NCBI GenBank assembly: GCA_035193785.1
Contig: CP136572.1
Location: 1,376,001-1,440,000 of the forward strand
DNA length: 64,000 bases
Origin: Planktothrix sp. GU0601_MAG3
GTDB lineage: Bacteria; Cyanobacteriota; Cyanobacteriia; Cyanobacteriales; Microcoleaceae
Direction of reading: 5' to 3'
The position numbers were made by a program, and so were the translations under genes. Positions 38,243 to 50,359 of this stretch are shown here, in pieces. The stretch's first letter is position 1. Each line of letters starts with the position of its first letter. Under the pieces are notes generated by a model. That model ran no database searches. It saw nothing but the letters and a program-made list of their open reading frames with translations, and was not told where the DNA came from.

Positions 38243-39963
38243 TTATTGAGATGAAAAACTATAAATGGTTTGGGGTTGTAACTGTTGACAAATAGAGGAG
38301 GGAAGTTGAGTTAGGGGAAATTGTTTCCGATGGAGTTGGACTTGTAAATTGGTTAGGGGATCGACCCCGGAAGAAATGATAAATTGTAGTTTTTGGAGAT
38401 GGGGCCATTGGGTAATTTGATCTAAAATTTGGGTAACGGCTTTTAGGTAGGGATGATCCAATTGTTGATACCAATGGGGATCGGCGACTCCGGCTTGATC
38501 AAAGCCTAAATTAACGATTAATTGTGCTTGATCAAATAGGGCGATCGCCACGGGTCGAGCTTCTTCTTGTAATAATAAATCATTGGTTTTGGCTAAAAAT
38601 CTTAATTTTTCTAACCGTTCATAACTGCTGAGAATTGAAGTTTGATTCCGTTTTGATTCCATATATTCTGCTTCTGGATTTGCCGTTAAAGGTTGGGATT
38701 CATCCCAATTAATAGCCACGGTAATTAGGTAGGTTTGTAATAATAAATGCCCTAGTTTTTGAGCTTTTGTCGCCAAATAAACCGTATTATAATCCGTGGC
38801 TTCAATAATTAGGGGAACCCGATCCACAATTTCAATCCCATAGCCTTTTAACCCGGCAATTTTACGCGGATTATTAGTAATTAAACGGATTTGACGTACT
38901 CCCAAATCATTCAGCATTTGCGCCCCCATGCCATAATCCCGTAAGTCAGGGGCAAATCCTAACCTTTCATTGGCTTCAACGGTATCGAATCCAATATCCT
39001 GCAAAGAATAGGCTTTAATCTTATTAATTAATCCAATGCCGCGCCCTTCTTGGCGGAGATAAACAATCACCCCTGACCCAGCATAATCAATCATTTTCAT
39101 GGCTGTTTGTAACTGCATTCGACAGTCACAACGCAAAGATCCAAAGGAATCTCCGGTTAAACATTCGGAGTGAAACCCGCACCATTACGGGCATTTCTTT
39201 TAACTTTTCAATATCACCTTTAACTAATGCAATATGTTCGGTATTATCTAAGGAATTACGATAGGCATAAATTTTAAAATCCCCAAATTGTGTCGGCAAT
39301 TGAGCCACGGTTTCCCGATACACAAAACGGTCATGTTTGAGGCGATAACTAATTAAATCCGCAATCGTAATTAATTTTAAATTGTGAACTTTAGCATATT
39401 CAATTAATTCGGGAAGTCGCGCCATTGACCCGTCGGGATTTTGAATTTCACAAATCACGCCCCCAGGATACAACCCCGCCAACCGAGATAAATCAACGGC
39501 GGCTTCCGTATGTCCCGCCCGTTTTAATACCCCGCCATCCTTAGCCCGCAGGGGGAAAATATGGCCCGGACGTCGTAAATCTTCGGGACGACAGGCGGGG
39601 TTAATGGCGATTTGAATGGTGCGGGCGCGGTCATCGGCGGAAATTCCCGTGGAAACTCCCATTTGAGGGGAGGCATCAATACTAACGGTGAAGGCGGTTT
39701 GGTTGGCGTCGGTGTTTTTTGTCACCATTAAGGGCAAGTCTAACTGATCCAGACGTTCTCCAGTTAGGGCCAAACAAATTAATCCCCGGGCGTACACCGC
39801 CATGAAGTTAATCATATCGGGGGTGGCAAATTGGGCGGCACAAATTAGGTCGCCTTCGTTTTCGCGGTGTTTCATCGTCCACCACGACGACACAGTGCCC
39901 GGCTTTCAGATCAGCTAAGGCGGTTTCTATAGTGTCGAATTGGTAAGGGTTTTTAGGTAGCAC
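38243..39963 (-). CDS. ribBA: Bifunctional DHBP synthase/GTP cyclohydrolase II; +1 frameshifts at 39869-39873 and 39172-39176
   Basis: [19 protein letters not shown], corrected RVHSEC..GD, RCDC, QEGRGIG. Confidence 0.93.
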
Positions 39964-40038
39964 GGACTCGTTCAAAATCGTTTTCTCATCAACGCTGATT
40001 CATTAATTGTAACGCTGTTGACGAATTGAGATCGCATT

Positions 40039-40242
40039 CTAACTGAAAGGGAGAGGTTGAGTTTCGCCAAAAAATAAAGCAGCTTGTTTTTGAGTCCATC
40101 CTTTTGTCTGAATAAAGTGTTTAATAGTTAACATGAGATCAGCGCGTATTTTTAGATTGAGAGCTTCTTCTGGCGCAAAGCCTAAATCTTCAAATACATT
40201 AGTGCGACCTTGAATAATTTCGGGAACTTGATTCTGGCTCAT
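40039..40242 (-). pseudogene. C-terminally truncated XRE/HigA-like HTH antitoxin
   Basis: NVFEDLGF..EEA.NL..RADLM...TQKQAA..FGETQP then stops before the recognition helix. Confidence 0.6.
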
Positions 40243-40275
40243 TTATCCATTCCTTACTAGATTTAGGAGTTCAGC

Positions 40276-40494
40276 ATGGAAACAATTACGATTAACGTTG
40301 ATTATGAAGTAGCTAAAGCTTATCGGGAAGCAGCGCCCAATCAACAGCAAAAAATTCAAAGATTGGTCAATGATTTACTTAAGCAAATGATTCAAGAAAA
40401 AACCCTTGATCAGATTGTACAACAAATGCAAACAGAAGCCAAAAATAATGGTTTAACTCAAGAAATATTAGACGATATTCTGCACAATGGATAA
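40276..40494 (+). CDS. Putative antitoxin
   Basis: 72 aa, overlaps downstream PIN gene; A..NGLT.EIL..IL motif. Confidence 0.7.
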   Translation: METITINVDYEVAKAYREAAPNQQQKIQRLVNDLLKQMIQEKTLDQIVQQMQTEAKNNGLTQEILDDILHNG

Positions 40495-40900
40495 ATTAAG
40501 ATTTGTCATTGATACTAATGTCTTAGTTAGTAGTATTCTCATTGCTTCATCTCCTTCAGATAGGGCTTTAAAAAAAGTCAGAAGTTTAGGAGATATTTTG
40601 TTTGCGGAAACTACTTTTCAAGAATTACAAGAAATTTTAAATCGTCCCAAATTTGATCGCTATGTTTCCTTTAATATTCGCCTGCAATTTTTAGCCAAAA
40701 TCAAGCTGGAATCAGAAGAAGTTACCATTATTGAAAATATTAAAATTTGTCGAGATGAAAAAGATGATAAATTTCTTGAAGTTGCTGTTAATGGTAACGC
40801 CAACTACTTGATTACAGGAGACAAAGATTTATTGGTATTAAACCCATTTCGAGATATTAATATTATTGCTGTCAATGAATTTTTAACTAGGTTTAATTGA
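40487..40900 (+). CDS. PIN-domain toxin
   Basis: VIDTNVLVS, CRDEKDDKFLE.A, ITGDKDLL. Confidence 0.9.
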   Translation: MDKLRFVIDTNVLVSSILIASSPSDRALKKVRSLGDILFAETTFQELQEILNRPKFDRYVSFNIRLQFLAKIKLESEEVTIIENIKICRDEKDDKFLEVAVNGNANYLITGDKDLLVLNPFRDINIIAVNEFLTRFN

Positions 40901-40935
40901 TCATTTTGAATAATAACGGCAATAAAGATCTAACT

Positions 40936-42238
40936 CTACACCCCTTTTCTTCCCTCAATAGCAAGTAACGCACTACCATAGGCGGCTTCTGTATGAATAG
41001 AATTAACCATATTAACGTTTAAATAGCGCTGACGAATGGCTGTCCAAACGGGATTTTTTGACCCGCCTCCGGCGGTATAAACTTGGGTTAGGGGAGGGGC
41101 TCCAAGTTGTTGTAAAAGTTGATAACCTTGGGCTTCAATTTTGGCAATTCCTTCTAATAAACCCTGGAGAAATTCAACAGAATTATTGGGACGGGGTTGG
41201 AGACGGGGAAGTAATTCGGGGTCGTTAATCGGGAAGCGATCGCCTTTTTTAATTAAGGGATAATAATTTAAGTTACTATTATAATTAGGGTTAATTTGAC
41301 TACTGAAATTTTCCAGTTCAATATCACTAAAAAATTGCCGTAAGACCGCCCCCCCGGTATTAGAAGCACCTCCAGTTAACCATAAATCTCCTAAACGATG
41401 GCTATAAATGCCGTATTTAGTATTATTTACAGGAGTATGACTGAGAAGTTTTAAGACTAAAGTAGAACCTAAAGATGTTACTGCTTCCCCTGGAATCTTG
41501 GCACCACTGGCTAAAAATGCAGCTATGCTATCGGTAGTTCCTGCACAGATAACACAGGTTTTAGGTAATTTTAACTGTTCTGCCATTTCGGGGGTAATGG
41601 TGGCAATTGGAGTTTCCGGGGGCAACTATATCAGGCAGTTTCAATAGGTTTAAATCCGTCAGGGATTGTAAACCATTAATTAACCAATTGGGATAGGTCA
41701 AATTCTCGACATCGTAGCCCAATTTTAAGCTATTATGATAATCACTAATCCCTAATTTTCCATGTAATAAAAATGCTAACCAATCGGCTTGATGCAAAAA
41801 ATAGCGGGGCGTAGATTTTGGGGATTTACTGTTGGTAGTTTCAACGGTTAACCACCAAATAAGTTTTGCCAAACTGGAAGTAGCACTGTTGACAATATGG
41901 TCGGGGGGAGCGATTTTTTTTAACAGTTCCAAGACAGTAACAGCCCGACTATCATTATATAGAATTGGGGATTGTACCGGAATGCCATTAGTATCACAAA
42001 GTAGCACGGTGGCAGAGGTTCCATTAATAGCGATCGCATCTATTTGACGGCGAAAATGTAACGGAATTTGTTCAATCACGTCAAACAGAGCGGTTTTCCA
42101 AAGGTAAACCCACTCAGAGGAGGGAGTTAACGGGGGGAAGGGAAATTGAGTTTGGGCTACCACTGTCCCTTGAGAATTAATGGTAATTGAACGGGCACCG
42201 GATGTCCCCAAATCAATCCCGATATAAAAATTAACCAT
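40936..42238 (-). CDS. FGGY-family carbohydrate kinase; +1 frameshift at 41612-41616
   Basis: GIDLGTSG, GTTDSIAA, GGASNTGG, TAGGGS.N. Confidence 0.88.
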
Positions 42239-42465
42239 TGTTTCTATCTAGGTTCAATTCATATTTTTTTATTTATTGTACAATCATAGGTTTGTGAATT
42301 ATAAGGTGATTAGTTGTTTTGTTAAGTTTTAATAAAAATTGCGGAAGAAGTAAAATTCCTCTGGACATTTATTGCTCACAAAGTTATAACTCAAGAGTCG
42401 GTAGTTGAACTTTAATCGGATTAACTGCTGGCAATTGTACTGTTAATGCGTTAATCAGGGATTTT

Positions 42466-43124
42466 ATGGATACTCTTGCTTACAATCATCTCGTTTCTGC
42501 CTATGAGTCCCCTCGCCAAACCCATGTCAACGGGGATTTGGTACTATTCCGATGTGTGAATTGGAGTAAAATATCAACGGCTTGCTGGATGCCAATTGTG
42601 GCAACGGCTATTGGCTTGGCTGTGATGAGTGTAAGCCAACCCGCCAGTGCCGCCCTCTCCCGTGGCGATAGCGGTCAGAGTGTTAAAAGTGTTCAATATG
42701 CGTTGCAGAATTACGGCTATTTTAACGGCAGAGCAACGGGTTATTTTGGGTCGGCGACAAAACACTCCGTCATGGCTTTTCAACGGGATTATGGTTTAAA
42801 TCCCGATGGAATTGTTGGTCGGGCAACGGCATCGGCCCTTGGGGTTGGGAGTTATCACAAACCCAAGAAACATCACTATAGCAATGCTAGTTATGGTTGT
42901 AGTCATAGCTGCGGTGGCGGTAGTTTTCTCTGTCCCGTGGCGACAGTGGCCATCATGTCAAACAACTACAAAATCGTTTAGCAAATCTGGGTTATTTTAA
43001 TGCTAACTCCACGGGTTACTATGGCAAATTAACCGCTAGTGCTGTTAAATCCTTTCAATATAATTGTGGACTCTCGGCTGATGGAATTGCTGGCCCAGCA
43101 ACCCTAGCAGCATTAGGAATTTAG
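42466..43124 (+). CDS. Protein with two peptidoglycan-binding domains; frameshift near 42925 (T run)
   Basis: LSRGDSG..V..VQ..L, FQ...GL..DGIVG; second domain continues in another frame to TAG 43124. Confidence 0.8.
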
Positions 43125-43125
43125 C

Positions 43126-43464
43126 TTCTTTTTGTAGAGACGTGCCACGGCGCGTCTCTCTGTTTCTTCTTTTTGTAGAGACGTGCCACGGCGCGTCTCT
43201 CTGTTTCTTCTTTTTGTAGAGACGTGCCACGGCGCGTCTCTCTGTTTCCAAAGATTTTGTATAAAAACAACAAATTCAATCGTTTTGTCTTTGATAGTTT
43301 GTCTGTACTTTCCTAGACCCTTGTGGAGACGCGCCATGGTTTTGTCTTTGATAGTTTGTCTGTACTTTCCTAGACCCTTGTGGAGACGCGCCATGGTTTT
43401 GTCTTTGATAGTTTGTCTGTACTTTCCTAGACCCTTGTGGAGACGCGCCATGGCACGTCTCTAC
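43126..43464. repeat. Family B REP doublet with each arm tandemly triplicated (3x41 bp + 3x57 bp)
   Basis: GTAGAGACGTGCCACGGCGCGTCTCT at 43134/43175/43216; 57-bp units at 43282/43339/43396 ending GAGACGCGCCATGGCACGTCTCTAC. Confidence 0.92.
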
Positions 43465-43474
43465 GGGGTTGATA

Positions 43475-45878
43475 TTAACGCAACCATAATTTAATGGTTT
43501 TGTCCTTACTTCCACTGACTAAACTATTCCCATCGGGACTAAATTTAATCGAATAAATCTCATCTTGATGTCCGGTTAAGGTATTTAATAATTCTGCCGT
43601 TTTTAGGTTCCATAATTTAATAGTTTTATCTCGGCTGCTACTAGCAATAATATTATTATCGGGACTGATAGCGACGGATAACACATCGTTAGAATGTCCG
43701 GTTAAAGTCTGAATTAACGCGCCAGTTTCTAGGTTCCAAACTTTAAGGGTATCATCCAAACTACCACTAACAATTATTTTACCATCGGAACTAATTGCCA
43801 GCGATCGCACTCCTTCTAAATGTCCGGTCAGCGTATTTAATAATTCTCCGGTTTCCACCCGCCAAATTTTAATATTTTTATCCTGGGAAGCCGTAACTAA
43901 TAGTTGACCATCGGGACTAAAAACAACCGCATAAACCTGATCCTGATGATCGGTTAAATTCTGTAAAATAGCCCCCGTTTTTCGATCCCAAATTTTCACG
44001 GTTTTATCCGCACTCCCACTGGCAATTGTTTGATTATCAGGACTAACATCAACTGACCAAATAGTGGCTAAATGTTCCAAGGGAGGATAGACTTTTCCCG
44101 TGGTCAGATTCCATTCTAAAATTCGCCATAACCCACTTCCAGAGGATATTTCTGTACCATCGGAGTTAAAATCCACAGCATAAATTGGGGAGAAATCTCC
44201 AACTAAACTTTTAGTTTCACTTCTACTTTTAATATCCCATAATTTCAAAGTTGTATCTTGACTCCCACTAGCAATAGTTTGACCATCGGGACTGAAGGTA
44301 ACCGCCCAAACCGCATCAGTATTTTGGGCAAATTCTTCAGGCGTTACGGTTTTCCAAAATAGTTTATCCTGACATTTTTGGATGAGGTTTTCAATGGCTT
44401 GGTTTTTTAAAGCAGTTTCGGGAATATTGTCCGCTTCATTTAAACATTGTTCATATTTTCCCGCCACCAACAATTCTTGGATAGTATTAATTTTTTGGGT
44501 TTGAAATTGTTGTAAATCTTTCGATTTTTGATATTCAGATATTGCTATAATTATTCCTGATAAACTCACCAGTCCTAAACCTAACCAAAGCAGTTGATAA
44601 AGACGAATTTTTTTAAAGGATTTAGACTCTATATTTTGAGATTTAGCTAGGGTAGGAATTGGGCGCAAATTCTGGATAACTTGAGCAAGTTTAGTTAAGA
44701 TAGATTGGGGTAAAACCTGTTTTTCAATAACGGCAATATCTTGATCATTTAACCCTAAAAGTTGTTGAAATCGTTTGAGTTCTTCCCTGGTTTCGGGACT
44801 AAAAGGATATTCCTGCCGCATTGTGGCAATTAAGGCTTGTTCATAGCGTTCTCCCTTTTCATGGTATTTGCGATAGGGATTTAAAATTTCATCTTCAACC
44901 GCTTCTGCATCTTCAGGTAACAGTTTCTAAACTTAAGCGTAATTCCTCTAAAATTTGCCGACCGATAATCGAAATTTCCCCCCGATGATGGTTAGCACAC
45001 CGTTGAACTTCTTCCCGATATATTTCTAGCTTAGAAAGATTAGGTGCGGAGGCGGGACGCAGAGTTTTTAGAACCGATAAAACTTCATCAACAGATTGAT
45101 AACGTTGGTGATAATCAGACCGCACCATCTTATCAAGAATATCACCAAATTCTACACTAACAATTGCTAAATGTCGCCAAAATATTTCCCCTGTATCTGA
45201 ACCATTATTTCTTCGCAATTTTGACAATTCCGATGCTGGCAAACCCGTTAAAGATTGAATAGCAACCATCCCCAAAGCATAAATATCACTGTTAAAATGG
45301 GGATGACATTGAAACTGTTCAATGGGCATATATTCCAGGGTTCCCACCCGACTACTGGGGGAATTTTGATCGGAATTCAAATTAATTTCTTGAACCGCTC
45401 CAAAATCCAGTAAAATAATTTTTCCATCGGTTTGACGACGGATTAAATTACTCGGTTTAATATCCCGATGAATCACTCCCTGTTGATGCACAAATCGAAG
45501 TATTCCTAATACATCGGTGAGTAAATTAATGACTTGATTTTCTGTTAGGGGCTTACCTGGGGAAATCTCATCCATTAATGAGTGACCCGAAACATAGGAT
45601 TCAACTAAATAAAATTCCCGATTTTCTTCAAAATAAGCTAATAGTTGGGGAATTTGATCATGTTGGGAGAGTTTTTCTAAAACCTTGGCTTCCTGTTGAA
45701 AACGCTGACGGGCTACATTAACGAGTTTGGCATCTGCTGGAGTCAGATGCAAATGTTTAACAAAACACAACGACTCACCGGGTCGGCGAGTATCCCTAGC
45801 GAGATAGGTTTTCCCGAAATCCGTTGACTCAATCACCTCTATGACTTGATAGCGCCCATCTAAAAGCTGACCGACCAT
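43475..45878 (-). CDS. Ser/Thr protein kinase with TM helix and WD40 repeats; +1 frameshift at 44923-44927
   Basis: HRDIKPSN, DFG, GTLEYMP; seven GH...WD-type repeats. Confidence 0.9.
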
Positions 45879-45931
45879 AGCAAAAACATTGACCCTATTT
45901 TGTTTGATTATGACATTAATCGTGAATAAAC

Positions 45932-47339
45932 CTATGAAATGTTAATTTTAACCCCTCGAATTGAATAATCTAGTAATTCCATCGGGTGCATTAAATTAAT
46001 ATCTTTTCCTTGCAATTGTAAGTGTTTTTTAATTTGCAAAGAACAACCAGGATTAGAAGAAGCAATTAATTCGGCCCCTGTATTTGTTAAATTATCTACT
46101 TTTTGCTGTCCTAATTCTTCGGCAATTTCCGGTTGCAATAAATTATAAATCCCCGCACTTCCACAACATAAGGAAGCATCTATTGGTTTCTCGTAATTTT
46201 ACCCCCGGAATTTGTTGCAGCAGTTGACGGGGTTGGGAACTAATTTTTTGTCCATGTAATAAATGACAAGCATCTTGATAAACGAGGGTTAATTCTCCGG
46301 TTTCTGTTAGGGGAAATAGGGGTGTTGTTAACCCTATTTCGACTAAAAATTCCTGAATATCTTTAACTTTTGCCGAAAATTCTTGCGCTGCTTCTCGATA
46401 TTGGGGATCATCTTTTAAGATATGTCCATATTCTTTTAAGGTATGACCACAGCCCGCCGCATTAATAATAATGGCATCTAAACGAGTCCCAGAAAATCGA
46501 TCAATCATTTGTTTAATTAAGGTATGGGACTGTTCCGTTTGTCCTTGGTGTTCGGGTAACGCCCCACAACAGCCCTGATTTCTCGGAATCACAACTTCAC
46601 ACCCATTGGCGGTTAAAACCCTCACCGTGGCTTCATTAACGGGGTTAAATAATAACCGTTGAACACAGCCTAAAATTACCCCGACTCGATAGCGTTTTTC
46701 GCCTTGGGTGGGAATAATAACCGGGAAATCTTCTCGAAAAGCGTCTTTAGGAATAGCGGGTAAAATTGATTCCATTGCGGCTAAACGAGGAGATATTTTT
46801 GGTAATAAACCCGTTTGTCTGACTATTTTTTGTAGCCCTAATTTTTGATAGATGAAAAGCGGGATTAAAAATGCCTTTAAACGATTGGGATAGGGGAATA
46901 AATTAAAAATCAATCCTCGAATTAAACGGTCGGATAAACTTCTGGGAACATTTCTTTCAACTTGAGGACGGGTAGCGGCAATTAATTGATCATATTTAAC
47001 ACCTGAAGGACAGGTGGTAACACAAGCTAAACATCCTAAACAGCTATCAAAATGTTGGGCGCTGGTTTCCCCCAAAGCGGCGTCATTTTTGGAAATCGCA
47101 TCCATTAAATAAATCCGCCCTCTTGGGGAGTCCATTTCTGTTCCTAAAACCCGATAACTGGGACAAGTTGATAAACAAAAGCCGCAGTGAACACAGGTAC
47201 TTATTAAATTAGGATTTGGGGGATTTGTGGAGTCAAAACCTGGAATTTCAGTCGGGTTTAAATGGGGATTTTGCCCTAAAAAGTTACTTTGTTTAGCAGG
47301 AATTGATTGAGGGTCAATAATTTGATCAGATGTTTGCAT
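45932..47339 (-). CDS. glcF: Glycolate oxidase Fe-S subunit; +1 frameshift at 46186-46190
   Basis: CVHCGFCL..CP, CLGCLAC...CP, CCG domains. Confidence 0.9.
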
Positions 47340-47371
47340 TTTAACTAAATTCTCCCAAAATAATTGATTAA

Positions 47372-48683
47372 TTAAATTCCACCGACAAAACGATTGGGAC
47401 TCAACTGATTTTGAGGATCAAATTGTTGTTTAATTTGACGCATCAAATTCAAAGCATTTCCCGCATATCCCCAAACTTCTAACTGTTGTTTTAATTCTAC
47501 AGGTGCTTTTAATATTGATAAAAACCCTCCTTGAGATTCACACCAATTTCTTAATTTTAACAGAGTTTCTGGAGAAATGCTGTCAAACCTTAATACCCCC
47601 AAACCGACTCCAGCATGAATCACACCGAGGGTTTGATACTGGGTTAAGGTTTTGACCGCAGCAGTGGGGGTGATTCCAATTTTACAAATAATAGAAGCAT
47701 TGGATTCAGATTGCCAAATTTGCTGTTTTAATTGTTGCCATAAATTCTCCTCATTGGAGTCAATATAAATGGCTTTTAACCCTATTTTTTCTCCTAACTC
47801 TATTAAGCGTTGAGATTGTTGTTTAACACCTTCTGCAATACTTTGGAAACCGCACCATTAAACCAATATTATCTCCCAATCCTAATATTTTTGATAGGTC
47901 GGATGAGATTAAATCCACAGCGACGGGAGTTAAAGCAGAAGACAATAAGATTTGATTAACTTGAGAAATAGCTTCAGATTCTCCTGTTAATATTACCGTC
48001 CCAGAAGCTTCAGCTTGGGGATAAACTCGTAGGGTGATTTGACTAATAATTCCTAAAGTTCCATAGGAACCTGTAAATAGTTTCATTAAGTCATAACCCG
48101 CCACATTTTTAACCACTCGCCCCCCAGCTTTAGCGATTTTTCCATCATAACGAACAACGGAAATCCCTAGGATTAAATCTCGAATACTTCGATAACGTTG
48201 TCGCAGAGAACCTGTATCTCCCGTGGCAATAATTCCGCCAATTGTTGCGGTTTCAGGATAACTCGAATCAAATCCTAAAACTTGATTTTCCTGAGCTAAA
48301 ATAGCTTGCAATTGGGAGAATTTCATCCCCGCTTCTACGGTAACGGTTAAATCGCCAACGGCGTGTTCAATCAGTTGATTCATGCCCTGGGTACTAACGG
48401 CAAAATCAATATTTTTGACCAGTCCCCCCCAATCAATTTTACTACAAAAACCGCAGGGTAAAACCTTTAATTGCTGTTGGTTAGTATGGGCAATAACTTC
48501 GGCTAATTGTGCTTGACTTTGGGGATAAATTATCCCTTGAATTGGGGTTTCTGGTACTAAACATTGAATTATTTGTTGTTGTCGCACGGATTCAATTTCG
48601 TCCCAGGGTTGGACATTCCCTACCCCCACAATTTTTTCTATTTCCTGTTGGTTTTTAGGATTGGTGCTAGAAATCGCGTTCAT
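47372..48683 (-). CDS. glcE: Glycolate oxidase FAD-binding subunit; +1 frameshift at 47846-47850
   Basis: GGRVVKNVAGYDLMKL..GS.GTLG; K.QFDP...L.P.RF. Confidence 0.88.
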
Positions 48684-48814
48684 TTAAAAAATTCAGAGAT
48701 TGATTGAGGCAAAATTAAGTTATAACTATTCTATAACAAAAAACACCAGAATCGGGAATAGGGGAAAGGAGATTCAAGTAATGGGTAGTAATTTTTTCTA
48801 GGAGACCGTTCGTT

Positions 48815-49528
48815 ATGGAATTTAAGGATATTATTGGATTAATCCATCCTGTGTTGGCGGTGGTTTTTGTGTTTCCCTTAATCGGGATTTCTGTATATAT
48901 GGCATGGCAAACCCGTCAACGCCGTCTACATCGTTCTGAACCAGAGAATAAAACTAAAATTCCGGCGAATGTTGGACAAGAACATTTAAAAATTGGTCGG
49001 TGGTTAACGGGTTCGGTGGTGGGAATTACGTTAATTGCCTTAGCTTATTCGATTTATTTTAAGGGGGTTTTTAAAGATTTATCCCCTGAGAAAATGCCTC
49101 AAGCCATTTTTATTGTTTTTATGTTTGGCTTCACGATGGCTTCACTAATTTTACTCTATCGAGCTAAACCCAATCAACCTATTTGGCGAGGAGTTTTTGC
49201 TACTTTAACCGGAATGGGAATTGTGGTTATCGGATGTCAGGAAGGGGTATTTAGACGGGGTTATGAGTGGCAATTTTCCCATTACTATTACGGGGTAACA
49301 GCGGCGTTATTAATGATTTTTTCCTTGGCAATTGTCCCGGATATTTATCAATCAAATCGCTGGAGAATTACCCATACGGTTTTAAATTGTATTGCTTTAT
49401 TATTGTTTTTAGGTCAAGGGATGACGGGAACAAGAGATTTACTAGAAATTCCCCTGAGTTGGCAAGAACAACATCTCTATCAATGTGACTGGAATCAGAA
49501 AACCTGTCCTCAACCCCCTAAAGGTTAA
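48815..49528 (+). CDS. DUF4079 family membrane protein
   Basis: HP.LAV..VFPLIG, SHYYYG, TGTRDLLEIP. Confidence 0.75.
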   Translation: MEFKDIIGLIHPVLAVVFVFPLIGISVYMAWQTRQRRLHRSEPENKTKIPANVGQEHLKIGRWLTGSVVGITLIALAYSIYFKGVFKDLSPEKMPQAIFIVFMFGFTMASLILLYRAKPNQPIWRGVFATLTGMGIVVIGCQEGVFRRGYEWQFSHYYYGVTAALLMIFSLAIVPDIYQSNRWRITHTVLNCIALLLFLGQGMTGTRDLLEIPLSWQEQHLYQCDWNQKTCPQPPKG

Positions 49529-49601
49529 TAGTTAAAGTTTTGTCCCCCAAATTCATCTTAATATAGCGCTACCAATTAAGGTGTTTGACAATACTAAACC
49601 T

Positions 49602-49633
49602 CCCTATTCCCTATTCCCTATTCCCTGTTCCCT
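49602..49633. repeat. STRR heptamer CCCTATT/CCCTGTT x4
   Basis: ccctattccctattccctattccctgttccct. Confidence 0.8.
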
Positions 49634-49643
49634 AGCACCATGA

Positions 49644-50219
49644 TTATTTGCGTCTTGACTCTAATTTTTGATAAACATTTCTTAACTCAACATCGTGATA
49701 GGCTAGGGCAACTAAGGTATGATAGAATAAATCCGCAACTTCCCCGGCGATCGCATCTTTTTCATTATCCTTACAAGCCATTACTACTTCAGCCGATTCC
49801 TCTCCAATTTTTTTGAGAATTTTATTATCTCCCCCCGCTAATAATTTACAGGTATAGGATTCTAATTGTGGATAATCCCGGCGATCGCAAATTACATCAA
49901 ATAACCTCGATAACGTATTTCCTGATAACTCCTGATGCCGTTGTTCCACCCCAATAATCAGCATCGGACTATCATCATTATAGCGAATTTCTTTTACTGT
50001 TATTTCCGAATTCCATAATACAATTGCTGTTTCTCGACAAGACCAAACCTGTTTTGATGTAATAGTTTTTTCTAGGGCTTCTGGATTCATCCAAACCCAA
50101 TTTAACACCGTTCCCTCTAAACAATCTTGGATGATTGCCAGAAGTAATCCGTTTTCGTTGTAACGAATTGTATCAATTTCACTCGACAGGCTTAACTCTA
50201 AGGGTTTTAAGGTTGACAT
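49644..50219 (-). CDS. hisIE: HisIE-like protein with intact HisE and degenerate HisI domain
   Basis: SYTCKLL...KKIGEE..E, EVADLFYH (HisE); HisI remnant AIIQD...WMN.EAL. Confidence 0.8.
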   Translation of the reverse strand: MSTLKPLELSLSSEIDTIRYNENGLLLAIIQDCLEGTVLNWVWMNPEALEKTITSKQVWSCRETAIVLWNSEITVKEIRYNDDSPMLIIGVEQRHQELSGNTLSRLFDVICDRRDYPQLESYTCKLLAGGDNKILKKIGEESAEVVMACKDNEKDAIAGEVADLFYHTLVALAYHDVELRNVYQKLESRRK

Positions 50220-50359
50220 AAATTTACCGAATACAACGAGATCCCTAACTTGATTACAATATCATCTGGTTGGTTGGGCTATGCCCAGTAAAAGTGATCG
50301 GAATATTGCTTTTTGCCCATTAACCCAAACCATATACAGTTCAAGGAGATTATCTCAGA

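Noticed and set aside
43126..43464. CRISPR array, or real ORFs 43045-43515
   Set aside because: Intervening sequences are identical, not unique spacers; the ORFs are translations of REP repeats
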